This document shows, in pieces, positions 48,654-57,370 of a stretch of 61,188 bases of DNA (positions are counted from its first letter, which is position 1; the number at the start of each line of letters is the position of its first letter). Source of the DNA: Parcubacteria group bacterium (GTDB taxonomy: Bacteria > Patescibacteriota > Minisyncoccia > Portnoybacterales > UBA2143). Location: assembly GCA_002685955.1 (NCBI GenBank), contig NYYU01000006.1, positions 1 to 61,188 on the forward strand. The letters run 5' to 3'. Under the pieces are notes generated by a model that saw nothing but the letters and a program-made list of their open reading frames with translations, was not told the origin of the DNA and did no database searches. Position numbers and translations under genes: made by a program.

Positions 48654-50264
48654 TTAATCATCCAAAACTACAGCTTGTTCGCCTTCGCTTAATCCTTCAA
48701 TAATTTCTACGCTGGTCTCTCCTTCTAAGCCTGTTTTAATAATCTTTTCTTTGACTTGACCATTTTCCAAAACCTGGATATATTGATTTCCATTTTTCGC
48801 TTTAATTACATAATAAGGTAAATACAAAACATCTTGTTTTTTATCGGTTTCAATATCTAAATTAACTGTCATGCCTGACTTAATTCTTTCATCTTCCGCA
48901 TCAAATACTGAAGTAATTTGGTAATAGATTACTCCCGAAACAACTGTTTCAGCTGGATCAATTTTAATAATTTGACCAGTAAATTTTTCATCCGGCCCTA
49001 AAGCATCTAAGGTCATTTCCACTTTATCAGTTAAAGCAACTTTGGCGATTTCCGTTTCTGAAACATTAGCCTCAATCTGGAAACGACCAAGGCTAATCAT
49101 AGAAACTACCACCGAATTAGCTTGGGCTGTTTCGCCTACTTCTTTTTCAACCGCCGTAATAATTCCTGAGACAGGCGCTCTTAGAATTCCCTTGCTAATT
49201 TGCGCCTGAATTTGTAAAACTTTAGCTTGGGCCTGTTTTACTTCGGCTTGAGCTAAATCAATATCAGTTTGACGAGGTCCAGCCTGTTGAGAGATTAGTT
49301 CATCTTGAACTTTTTTTAAGTCCGCTCGAGCTGTTTCCAAGTTAGCTTGAGCTGTATTCAAATCAGTTTGATTAGTTATTTTAGTAGAATTAATACCTTG
49401 TTCCGCCGCGGTTAAATCTACCAACTCGCTATCAATATCGGCTCTGGCTGTATCAATACTAGTTTTATCGGCTGCCGCAACACCAGCTGAAACAGTTGAA
49501 TCATCAAGCGCAGAACGCAGATAAGCTAAAGAATCTCTAATACTGCTAATAGCTATCTCTATTTTATCTAAAGCAGATTCAATCTTATCATAATCAAAAC
49601 CAATTTCAGCCAAATCTAAATAATCTTGAGCTACAGATAGGTCTTTTTTGCCCACGTCTTCTTTTTCTTTAACCATAATAGCAATTTGACTGCCGCTGTT
49701 AAAATAGCTCTGCCTGACATTAACTGAGGTTATTAAAAGAGCTTGGTCGCCTGTGGTATAAGCTGTTTTGACTGTATCTAAGGCATCTTCGTAAGCTTCA
49801 TCTAAATCATTGGCTGCATCATCTTGAACATCTATCAAGGCCTGTTCTTTATTAGCCACAGCTACTTCGGCTTTGCTGACGGCTGCTTGATAAATCTGGA
49901 TGTCTTCGGGCCGAGTGCCAGCTAAAGTTTGGGCTAATTTAACTTGAGCTACTTCTAAAGCAGCCCGGTTGGCTTGAAGTTGAGCATTTAATTCGCCCGC
50001 ATTTAATCTAATTAAAGTTTGACCAGCTACTGCCTGATCGCCAACTGCTACCTCAATCGTTCTAATTCGCCCTGAGCTTTCAAATTCTAAATCTATCTGA
50101 TTGGCTGAGACAACCGTCCCGGTAACTGAAACATTCTGGACCACTTCACCCCGAGCCACAGCCACGACCGTATAAGAAGACTCTTTGTTTCTAACCGCTC
50201 GGACAATAAAGATGCCTCCGACGATAATAGCGATTAGGCTGGTAATCCAAATTATCTTTTTCAT
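48654..50264 (-). CDS. HlyD/MacA-type periplasmic adaptor (membrane fusion protein) with long coiled coil
   Basis: N-terminal TM helix, lipoyl-like and beta-barrel segments, extended Ala/Gln-rich coiled coil. Confidence 0.85.
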   Translation of the reverse strand: MKKIIWITSLIAIIVGGIFIVRAVRNKESSYTVVAVARGEVVQNVSVTGTVVSANQIDLEFESSGRIRTIEVAVGDQAVAGQTLIRLNAGELNAQLQANRAALEVAQVKLAQTLAGTRPEDIQIYQAAVSKAEVAVANKEQALIDVQDDAANDLDEAYEDALDTVKTAYTTGDQALLITSVNVRQSYFNSGSQIAIMVKEKEDVGKKDLSVAQDYLDLAEIGFDYDKIESALDKIEIAISSIRDSLAYLRSALDDSTVSAGVAAADKTSIDTARADIDSELVDLTAAEQGINSTKITNQTDLNTAQANLETARADLKKVQDELISQQAGPRQTDIDLAQAEVKQAQAKVLQIQAQISKGILRAPVSGIITAVEKEVGETAQANSVVVSMISLGRFQIEANVSETEIAKVALTDKVEMTLDALGPDEKFTGQIIKIDPAETVVSGVIYYQITSVFDAEDERIKSGMTVNLDIETDKKQDVLYLPYYVIKAKNGNQYIQVLENGQVKEKIIKTGLEGETSVEIIEGLSEGEQAVVLDD

Positions 50265-50289
50265 GTAAATTCAATATCTGAATAAAAAA

Positions 50290-50383
50290 GCGAAGAAAAC
50301 AGATTTTTAAATCGTAGGTGTGGGCGCGCGCCCGAGCGAAGCGAGGGTAGGGATAAGCGATTTAAAAATTTAGTTTTCGGAGC
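50290..50383 (+). repeat. Copy C (shortest, core form) of the ~100-nt palindromic repeat family
   Basis: GCGAAGAAAACAGATTTTTAAATCG...GGGCGCGCGCCC...CGATTTAAAAATTTAGTTTTCGGAGC, 25 nt upstream of the adaptor gene start. Confidence 0.7.
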
Positions 50384-50451
50384 TTATTAATAAACTTAAT
50401 TTATTTCGTAAGTAATGCTGACTGAAACCTCAACTTTGTTCTCACCGGTCT

Positions 50452-50712
50452 CTATTTCTGGAGCGATATCGCCGCATAAAACTGACTATCAGGACTCTGC
50501 TCCAGTAATAATAAAAGACCGGAGAATTTTACTGCTTCGGTCTTATCAATATTTTTTAATATCCCTTTCATTTGAGAAACCCAGCGAAACCATTCCGTCT
50601 TATCGCCTTTTAAAGAGACTAAAAGAACCTTTCTTTTATCTGAATCAAGAAACTTTTTAGAAAGCCCTTCTAATTCCTTAACTAATTTTCTCTTTAAAGG
50701 CATTATATCCAA
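50452..50712 (-). CDS. Hypothetical protein
   Basis: ORF only. Confidence 0.3.
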   Translation of the reverse strand: MDIMPLKRKLVKELEGLSKKFLDSDKRKVLLVSLKGDKTEWFRWVSQMKGILKNIDKTEAVKFSGLLLLLEQSPDSQFYAAISLQK

Positions 50713-50800
50713 TATAACATTAAATAAAAGCTAAAGCAATACTACGGATCCGAAATATTCAATACCCAATATCCATTCAATAATTAAAAATGTTTTAAAC

Positions 50801-51436
50801 ACAGACATATTGCACTCAAGATAACCCGAGAACTTGATTAGGAGTTTTACCATCCAAAGCGCAATGTTTTGTATTGTTGTAATACATATTCCATAATTTT
50901 AATTTGTATTGCAGCTCCTCAAATGATTTGAACCGCAATTGATCATAAAACTTCTCTTGATCTGTTCGATGACTTCTTTCGACCTTACCATTCTGAGCTG
51001 GTTTACCTGGGTCAATCAGATAATGGGTGACATTTAAATTGTTACACGAAACATCAAAGTCATGCAGTCGAACATTAAGAGGATCTTTTGACATTGCCTG
51101 CCCCAAATATCTATTAAATCCCAACTAATCTTTTTAGCGCATTGATTTTTATCCTTTCTTAATTCAACTATTCGTTCTTTGACACGTATGGGCGTTTCAT
51201 TTGGATTAGTCTTAGGCCTTCTTGATTTGTTTTCAAGACCATCAAAGCTAAACTTCCTGAAACTTGTAAGCCAGTATTTCAAAGAACGTTCAGAAAAAGG
51301 ACAGACCCTTGTCATTTGCTTGATAGATATTTCTTTATTAAGAATTGGCTTTATCCAACGATATTTTTCTTCTTTTGTTGATTTGGGCATTGTTTTCATA
51401 TGCCCTCAGATTAGCAGAAAAGTGCAATATGTCTGT
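50801..51436 (-). mobile_element. Internally deleted IS (rve-type transposase remnant) with perfect 16-bp terminal inverted repeats
   Basis: ACAGACATATTGCACT at 50801-50816 and its exact reverse complement at 51421-51436. Confidence 0.7.
50816..51399 (-). pseudogene. Transposase remnant: HTH N-terminus and C-terminal end of the DDE/rve domain in different frames, catalytic middle missing
   Basis: The 51034-51399 ORF (HTH-like) and the 50816-51124 ORF (GKPAQNGKVERSHRT) match the two ends of the intact transposase at 59671-60660. Confidence 0.7.
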
Positions 51437-51485
51437 ATGCATTACCTAAACATCCAATATTCAATTATTGATTATTAAATTATTG

Positions 51486-51505
51486 CCTGCCTACCGGTAG
51501 GCAGG
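51486..51505. repeat. Perfect 20-nt GC-rich palindrome CCTGCCTACCGGTAGGCAGG
   Basis: Read directly. Related copies lie at 40381-40400 and 55145-55160. Confidence 0.7.
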
Positions 51506-51585
51506 AGTGTTGAATGAATGTTGAATATTGAATATTAAACCCCTTTTAACTTATATAAACATTATAAAACCTTACTATTATTTGA

Positions 51586-52344
51586 TTAAAAAACAATTGA
51601 AATAATCATGACTACTCCGAAAATTAAGACAAACCAGCCAAAATTGACTTTTCTGGCTATTTTTAATAACAAACTAATAGTTAAAAGGCCGAAAATAAAA
51701 GAAAAGATAAGTCCTAAAAGCAATTCCGTAGAAAAAGTAAAATATTTAAAGTTTAAAACAATATTACCGCCCAAAACAACCGGCAAACTCATTAAAAAAC
51801 TCAACTTTAAAGCGCTGGCATTATCAAATTTTCTTAAAAGCAAGGCGGAGATAGTCAAACCAGAACGGGACAACCCAGGCAAAACTGCCAAGCCCTGTAC
51901 TACTCCTAATAAAACACTATCCCCCTTTGTTAAATCCATGACTTTCTTATCGCCTTTTTTATTAACTTTAATTTGTAAAATTGCTGTTATTAACAATAAT
52001 AAACCAATGGCCAAAGTAATAAGCTTGCCGCTAAATTCTACCTGTTCTCCTAAATTAATAAATAACCTCAACAAAGCATAGCCCAAAATCCCAGTAATAA
52101 TAGTAGTGATTAATAAAAAGTTAAATAATGCCTTGCGCTTAAAAACAGTAAAAACATCCTTCCGAAAATACAAAAAGGCAGCCAAAAAGGTGCCTAAATG
52201 CAAGAATAATGCCTGCCTAATTAACTGTTCTATGTCTTGTTTGCCAAAAAAACGCGTTTGAACCAAAACCAAAACTCCTTCCGAGCTAACCGGCAGCCAT
52301 TCAGTTACGCCTTGAATAATGCCTAAAACTATTGCCTCTAACAT
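51586..52344 (-). CDS. uppP: Undecaprenyl-diphosphatase
   Basis: WLPVSSEG and PGLSRSG motifs. Confidence 0.9.
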   Translation of the reverse strand: MLEAIVLGIIQGVTEWLPVSSEGVLVLVQTRFFGKQDIEQLIRQALFLHLGTFLAAFLYFRKDVFTVFKRKALFNFLLITTIITGILGYALLRLFINLGEQVEFSGKLITLAIGLLLLITAILQIKVNKKGDKKVMDLTKGDSVLLGVVQGLAVLPGLSRSGLTISALLLRKFDNASALKLSFLMSLPVVLGGNIVLNFKYFTFSTELLLGLIFSFIFGLLTISLLLKIARKVNFGWFVLIFGVVMIISIVF

Positions 52345-52353
52345 ATTATTATC

Positions 52354-53514
52354 TTAATTGCGAACCACTGCCTGATAAAACAATCGGACCAGAGCTCCTA
52401 AACTAATTAGGGCAAATACTAATCCAACCAGCCAGCCAACAAGTGGAATTAAAATAACCAGTTTAAGCGCAATAACGCCCAAAATTACTGTTTTCCAATC
52501 AACTGAATATTCAGATTTTTTGCCAAATACCTTTATTAACCAACTGCCAAAGGTAATACTAGCTAAAGTTACAGACAAAAGAATCAACAAACCATAAATT
52601 GCTATAGTCAGAGACGCTACGCCGATACCTACCACTGTGATCAAAAGGATAATAAAGGCAACTGGGGTTAAAATCAAAGCTGAAAAACCAGCTCCTAAAT
52701 TAGGCCAAAAACGAGTTAGCGCTTCTTTAACTGCTTTATCTGTAATATTTCTGAAAATATAGACCAGGACTAATCCAGTGGCAATGCCCATCAAGACCTT
52801 TAACAAAAAGGCTAAACTCAAAATACCAATTAAAGCTTTTGGTCTTTTAATCAGGTCTGTTTTGCCGAGCTCTGCCTTTTTAAAATTAATTTCTCCCAAA
52901 ACTTTAGCCTGGTCAGCAATAAGAGCTTCTTTAGAAGAAGAATATGTTAAATCCCCTACGATTTCGGCTTGACCATCTAATTTTAGCTCATCAACGTTTG
53001 CTTTTACGTTCCCGCCAATCTTACTGTTAATAATTACTTGGCCGCCGCCGATGTTAACATCCCCGACTACTGAGCCCTGAATATCTACTGTCCCGCCGCC
53101 CACAAATAAATCGCCGCCGATTGAAGCTGTTTTTGATATAACAATGTTGCCGCCGCCCAAGAAGACATCTTCTTGGATTTGGCTTTCAATGATTACCGTG
53201 CCTGCGCCCGCATGAACACTGTCGCCAACTGCGCCTCTGATAATAACCGTGCCGCCCGCCGCGCAAACGCTATTCTCCACATTGCCATTGACCGTAACCA
53301 TATTGCCAGCCGCGCGCAAACCTTTTTCAATATCACCATCAATTGAAATAACATTACCGGCCGTATAAAGATTTTTTACTTTTTCGTCTTTAGCTACGGT
53401 GATATTAGTTCCCTGTTTTTGAGCTACTCTAAATTCAGCTGCTAAAGCGCCAGAGATAACAAAAGACAACAACAACACCGTCACAATTAAATAAAGTATC
53501 TTTTGAAATTTCAT
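52354..53514 (-). CDS. Bactofilin-like repeat (polymer-forming) domain protein with C-terminal multi-TM domain
   Basis: Signal/TM helix, repetitive G-x-V-x-I-x-G beta-helix-like repeats, then about 4 TM helices. Confidence 0.55.
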   Translation of the reverse strand: MKFQKILYLIVTVLLLSFVISGALAAEFRVAQKQGTNITVAKDEKVKNLYTAGNVISIDGDIEKGLRAAGNMVTVNGNVENSVCAAGGTVIIRGAVGDSVHAGAGTVIIESQIQEDVFLGGGNIVISKTASIGGDLFVGGGTVDIQGSVVGDVNIGGGQVIINSKIGGNVKANVDELKLDGQAEIVGDLTYSSSKEALIADQAKVLGEINFKKAELGKTDLIKRPKALIGILSLAFLLKVLMGIATGLVLVYIFRNITDKAVKEALTRFWPNLGAGFSALILTPVAFIILLITVVGIGVASLTIAIYGLLILLSVTLASITFGSWLIKVFGKKSEYSVDWKTVILGVIALKLVILIPLVGWLVGLVFALISLGALVRLFYQAVVRN

Positions 53515-53552
53515 GTTTTCACCCCCTTCCCCTAAAATTATTTTACATGCGC

Positions 53553-53777
53553 TTACTCGCCAATTTTAACCGCAGTTCCGTACGCAGACATTTCAGAAGC
53601 TCCAGCCATGACCATTGAGGTTGTAAACCGAACGCCAATAATCGCGTCAGCTTTCATAATAAGCTTAGTATGTCTTAAATATGCCAAAAATTGGACCGCA
53701 ATGGGTTTTTTCAATAACGCCTTCCGCAGCGCGATCAGGCAGATAATAGGTATTACACCAAATAGGAAGAAAAGCAA
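53553..53777 (-). CDS. Possible remnant of a YbjQ/DUF74-family protein
   Basis: The C-terminus ADAIIGVRFTTSMVMAGASEMSAYGTAVKI resembles that family. The N-terminal half is absent or in another frame. Confidence 0.3.
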   Translation of the reverse strand: MLFFLFGVIPIICLIALRKALLKKPIAVQFLAYLRHTKLIMKADAIIGVRFTTSMVMAGASEMSAYGTAVKIGE

Positions 53778-53869
53778 GTATTAAGAGTACTGCTATGACA
53801 ATAATTATTATAATTGATAATTTTTTAGCGGTCATAATTGACTTTTTCCATTATACCACAACAAAGGAC

Positions 53870-55010
53870 TTAAGGGTTAGCTATAGTTACGAAAAACTCT
53901 TTTATTAAAGGCATGGCTGGCGTGTCATAGACCTTGCCTGACCCTAAAAGACTATGAATTGTAAATCCAACTGCATTCTGACCATAAATCTTAAAAGCAT
54001 CTAATCCTGCTTCATAGTAATCTTCTATAGGAAGTACTTTTGCGACTGTGTGATTTTCAATCGCGCTTTCTTCATTACTTACTACAAACTCTGCGTTAAT
54101 CCAGGGGATGCCATATTTCTGCGACAATTTATTAGCTTGAGCCGCAAATGTTTTTATATCATCTGCTACAAAACTAACTTCATCTCTATTACGGTTATAA
54201 CAACCGGTAAAGCCAAATATATCAGCGCCATTTAGTGAAATCTCATCATAATTACTCCAATCGCTGAATCCGCCCATCTTATACATTATCCTTCCTGAAT
54301 AAATCTGTCTAATCTTAGGAACTATGCTGGCGTAAAAAGCATTAGTCCGTCGCTGAGTTTCTTCTACGCTATAATCATTTGTATCAAGAATCATTTCTAT
54401 CTGATTGGACGGCACTAAATACTCAACATTGTACTCTTCTGCAATCTGAGCTAAATCAAGCGCAATAGTTTCAAGACGACCTTCAAGATCGTCTGAAATA
54501 TTAAGTTCTGTCATGCCTCCATCTTCTAATTGATAGTAATCAGGAAAAAGAATTACAGCCAAGCCCTTTTGTTTAGCCAATAAAATATTGTAGACCAAAG
54601 CTCTTTTGGATTCATCTTGGCTTAAATCCTTTGGTTTATCATAGTCCATATACCAAAGTTCAAAATCTCCCTTTTTAAACCAATAATTAGCATGGACAAA
54701 TTGAGTATTAATCCCCAAATCCTTAAGCGCGTCCCCAAAATACAGCACCTCAACCAGATTGGTCAATGTTCCGTAGGTTTGAACTGCCTTGATAAACTGC
54801 GGGTATGTTTTTTTTACCTAACAGCGATTGATTCATTTTATCCAATTCTTTCCAGGAAGGCAGCTCTTGATCAATAGCAATAAACTCCTTGCTCATATTA
54901 TCTAAATTCTCTGAAATCCATACCTTACGAGCTTCTGGATTTTCAGGCGGTTTTTCATAGGAAGGGCCGAAAGACTTAGGTCCGCCAAAGTACCAATCTC
55001 CCACCACCAA
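53870..55010 (-). pseudogene. Secreted/anchored hypothetical protein (possible glycosidase-like TIM barrel), split by a frameshift in an A8 run
   Basis: ORFs 54750-55010 and 53870-54766 join as ...LLGKK|TYPQFIKAVQTYGTLTNLVEVLYFG if one A is removed from the run at 54808-54815. The hydrophobic N-terminus has no canonical start codon. Confidence 0.5.
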
Positions 55011-55087
55011 AATTACAAGGATAACTAATATGATTGATAATATTACTTTGAGTTTTTTATTTATATTTCTATTCTACCACATAAAAC

Positions 55088-55115
55088 AAAAACCGCCTAG
55101 AAAAAAGCGGTTTTT
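55088..55115. terminator. Bidirectional hairpin terminator
   Basis: AAAAACCGC-N10-GCGGTTTTT. Confidence 0.55.
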
Positions 55116-55193
55116 ACAAACTCCCCATCGTGGACAACGTTACTTGCCTACCGGCAGGCAGGGAACTATTATCCAACAACAGAATAAATATAT

Positions 55194-55364
55194 TTATATT
55201 CCGGATATAATATTCATTAAATTTTTTTCGTACCAATCCTTATCTGATATTTCCTTCTCTTGGCGCTCAATCCATGGATTCCAATCAAATTCCTCGTTAG
55301 ATTTACCCTCTTTTTCCCGAGAAAGATATCCTATCTCCTCTTTTAATAAACCTTGCTGTTTCAT
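55194..55364 (-). CDS. Small hypothetical ORF (56 aa), below the track cutoff
   Basis: Own translation: MKQQGLLKEEIGYLSREKEGKSNEEFDWNPWIERQEKEISDKDWYEKNLMNIISGI. No clear RBS. Confidence 0.2.
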   Translation of the reverse strand: MKQQGLLKEEIGYLSREKEGKSNEEFDWNPWIERQEKEISDKDWYEKNLMNIISGI

Positions 55365-55541
55365 AAAAATAAAACCATTAAAAACTTCACCACATTGGCT
55401 CTTTGTTTAATAAACAATTGGATGATAAGCCAAATAAATAACATATAACCCCATACGGTGTCCCGCTGAAATAAGCAATAATAATATATTTTTTATATTA
55501 CCTTTGGCAGGACAACACTAAAACCTGTATTAGAAGTAAAC

Positions 55542-55832
55542 TTACTCTACTTTAAATTTATCTTTATAAATCTCTTCGAGTATTTCTATAGATGCTTGAA
55601 CTGATAGATTTTTAGTATTTTTTAATATCAACCTATGTTTATATTCTTTACGCAAAAAACCCAAAAATTCATCACCCCAAGATGGCGTAAATGTTATGAC
55701 GCCCTCAAAATCAACAACAACTTTTTCGCCTTTCTTGATTTCCTTTAAGGATGGCTTAAAAGCAGCAACTGCCTCTTTGCCAAACTGTCGACTGTTTAAA
55801 GTTGTGCCAAATTTTTTTAAGCATATAATCAT
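55542..55832 (-). CDS. STAS-like (DUF4325-type) small protein
   Basis: 96 aa. The pattern VVVDFEGVITFTPSWGDEFLG is typical of STAS-like DUF4325 (by recall). Lies 4 nt downstream of the GHKL gene. Confidence 0.55.
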   Translation of the reverse strand: MIICLKKFGTTLNSRQFGKEAVAAFKPSLKEIKKGEKVVVDFEGVITFTPSWGDEFLGFLRKEYKHRLILKNTKNLSVQASIEILEEIYKDKFKVE

Positions 55833-55836
55833 ATTA

Positions 55837-56589
55837 TTAGAATTTAATTAATGCCAAACATCCTTTTACATAAATGTTTGTTTTTTTTATATTTAAATTG
55901 ATTCTACTTTTATCAATTCTAAGCTTTGCATCGCCAGTATGAAAAATTAAACTGATTTTATTATCAGCAACAACATTTCTAACAAACTTTAATCCATTGC
56001 CGCGATATTCCGGAGCCCGTCCAGAAATCACTTCATTAAAACCAACATCTAATGCTTCTAGGTGAGTTGAAAGTTTTGGTTTTACTTTCTTTAAGGTTTT
56101 TAATATTCCCTGCCCTCTATCAGCTAAAGCAATTTTTTTTCTATTCAAATCATAAGCAAAAAATATACCCGGGATATCTGGCCATTTGCCCAAATTATGG
56201 TCAAAAGAGTTATTGCCAATTTCACCAACAATAGCTGAAATTAAAGGATACATCTTGCCCAATTCTCTCATTTCTCCCAATCCGCTTTCAAGTTTTGTTA
56301 ATCTCCCCTGAAATACTGAACTATCAAGACAATAAAAATCAGAATAAAACTCTGTTTTTAAATCATTTGTAATCCAGCTTTTTGCTAACTTGAAAATTAA
56401 TTTTCCTTTATTATTTTTTATATAATTATCAATATCATCTCTCGTATAATATCTGTTTCCAGTTACACTCTTACGAATTGGAGATAATTTATTAGCATCG
56501 TCCCACCTACGCAAAGTCTGAATAGAAACTCCAAGCATTTTAGCCGTTTGACTAATTGTTAACAATTTTGAACTCATAAATCTATACAT
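55837..56589 (-). CDS. MerR-type HTH fused to a GHKL (SpoIIAB/RsbW-like) ATPase/kinase domain
   Basis: LTISQTAKMLGVSIQTLRRWD...RYYT MerR HTH. N-box EIGNNSFDHN, G1 DRGQGI, G2 RGNGLKF. Confidence 0.6.
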   Translation of the reverse strand: MYRFMSSKLLTISQTAKMLGVSIQTLRRWDDANKLSPIRKSVTGNRYYTRDDIDNYIKNNKGKLIFKLAKSWITNDLKTEFYSDFYCLDSSVFQGRLTKLESGLGEMRELGKMYPLISAIVGEIGNNSFDHNLGKWPDIPGIFFAYDLNRKKIALADRGQGILKTLKKVKPKLSTHLEALDVGFNEVISGRAPEYRGNGLKFVRNVVADNKISLIFHTGDAKLRIDKSRINLNIKKTNIYVKGCLALIKF

Positions 56590-56763
56590 TATTATATATA
56601 TTTATATTATATTAAACAAAAACTCCTGTCAAATCTATACATATTAACTTATCCACAGTTTAAAAATAAAACCGCATAAATATGCGATTTGTAGCTCAGC
56701 TCCGTTGGCCGGACGCCTGTCCGCTTGCCCGCCCCTGGAGGACCTCTGGAGAAATATTAAAAC

Positions 56764-57045
56764 CTATTTTGTAAACTCAACTTTAAGATTCTTGCCCAAT
56801 ACAGAGGCGATTTTTTGAAGTATCTCAATTGTAAAGTTTTGCTGACCTGTTTCCATTCGGGCAATATTGCTCTGCTTTGTCCCAATTTTTTTAGCTAACT
56901 CCGCTTGGGTCATTTTTTTCTTTTTGCGCAATTGCAAAATCTGGTAAGCAATTTCTAGTTGCTTGCCATATTCATCATAGTATCTTTTGAATTCAGGATT
57001 TTTTAATTGCTCACTCTTTTGGAAAAAATCCGAACTTACTTTCAA
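56764..57045 (-). CDS. XRE-family HTH protein (HigA-like antitoxin architecture); TTG start proposed
   Basis: LTQAELAKKIGTKQSNIARMETG HTH motif. The upstream part of the track ORF runs through GC-rich hairpins. Confidence 0.7.
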   Translation of the reverse strand: MKVSSDFFQKSEQLKNPEFKRYYDEYGKQLEIAYQILQLRKKKKMTQAELAKKIGTKQSNIARMETGQQNFTIEILQKIASVLGKNLKVEFTK

Positions 57046-57054
57046 CAAAATCCG

Positions 57055-57370
57055 GATGAGGACATCTGACTCCGCCGTAGGCGGAGTCAGCCCACCCAAG
57101 CCGCCAACCGCCTGACGGCGGAAGCGAAACAGAAAACTTTTACTTTTAAGCCGGCGCCAATTTCTCTTTTCAATTAAAGGATTAAAATTTTTCTGTTTTG
57201 CCCTTTTGCTTTGCAAAATGGCGGTCCCACCCTAGGTCCGCCTGCGGCGGACTGGCAGACGGGCAAAAATTCCTTACCCCAGACCCCCTTCCTTTTTGCC
57301 CGTCTGCTTGGGGTTTATTCTGAAATTTTTTGGGGCGGGATTCCAAAAGCGGCGGGTGGGTGGGATTAGA
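57055..57370. repeat. GC-rich, hairpin-dense non-coding block (REP/BIME-like cluster or structured RNA)
   Basis: Hairpins at 57066-57090, 57108-57121, 57235-57252 and 57254-57308. Long-range complement between 57092-57106 and 57349-57364. Confidence 0.45.

Noticed and set aside
55125-55515. Solo IS end or shared flanks based on 10-11-nt matches to the IS right end (CATCGTGGAC at 55129 and 60670; TTGGCAGGACA at 55503 and 60696).
   Set aside because: Matches of 10-11 nt are expected by chance many times in a 61-kb window, and the similarity does not extend.
57055-57370. Identity as RNase P RNA, SRP RNA or tmRNA.
   Set aside because: I looked on both strands for GAGGAAAGUCC/ACAGAA P4 motifs, the SRP GGAA-tetraloop/AGCA motif, and a tRNA-Ala-like TCCACCA end. 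None was found. The region is left as an unknown structured or repeat region.
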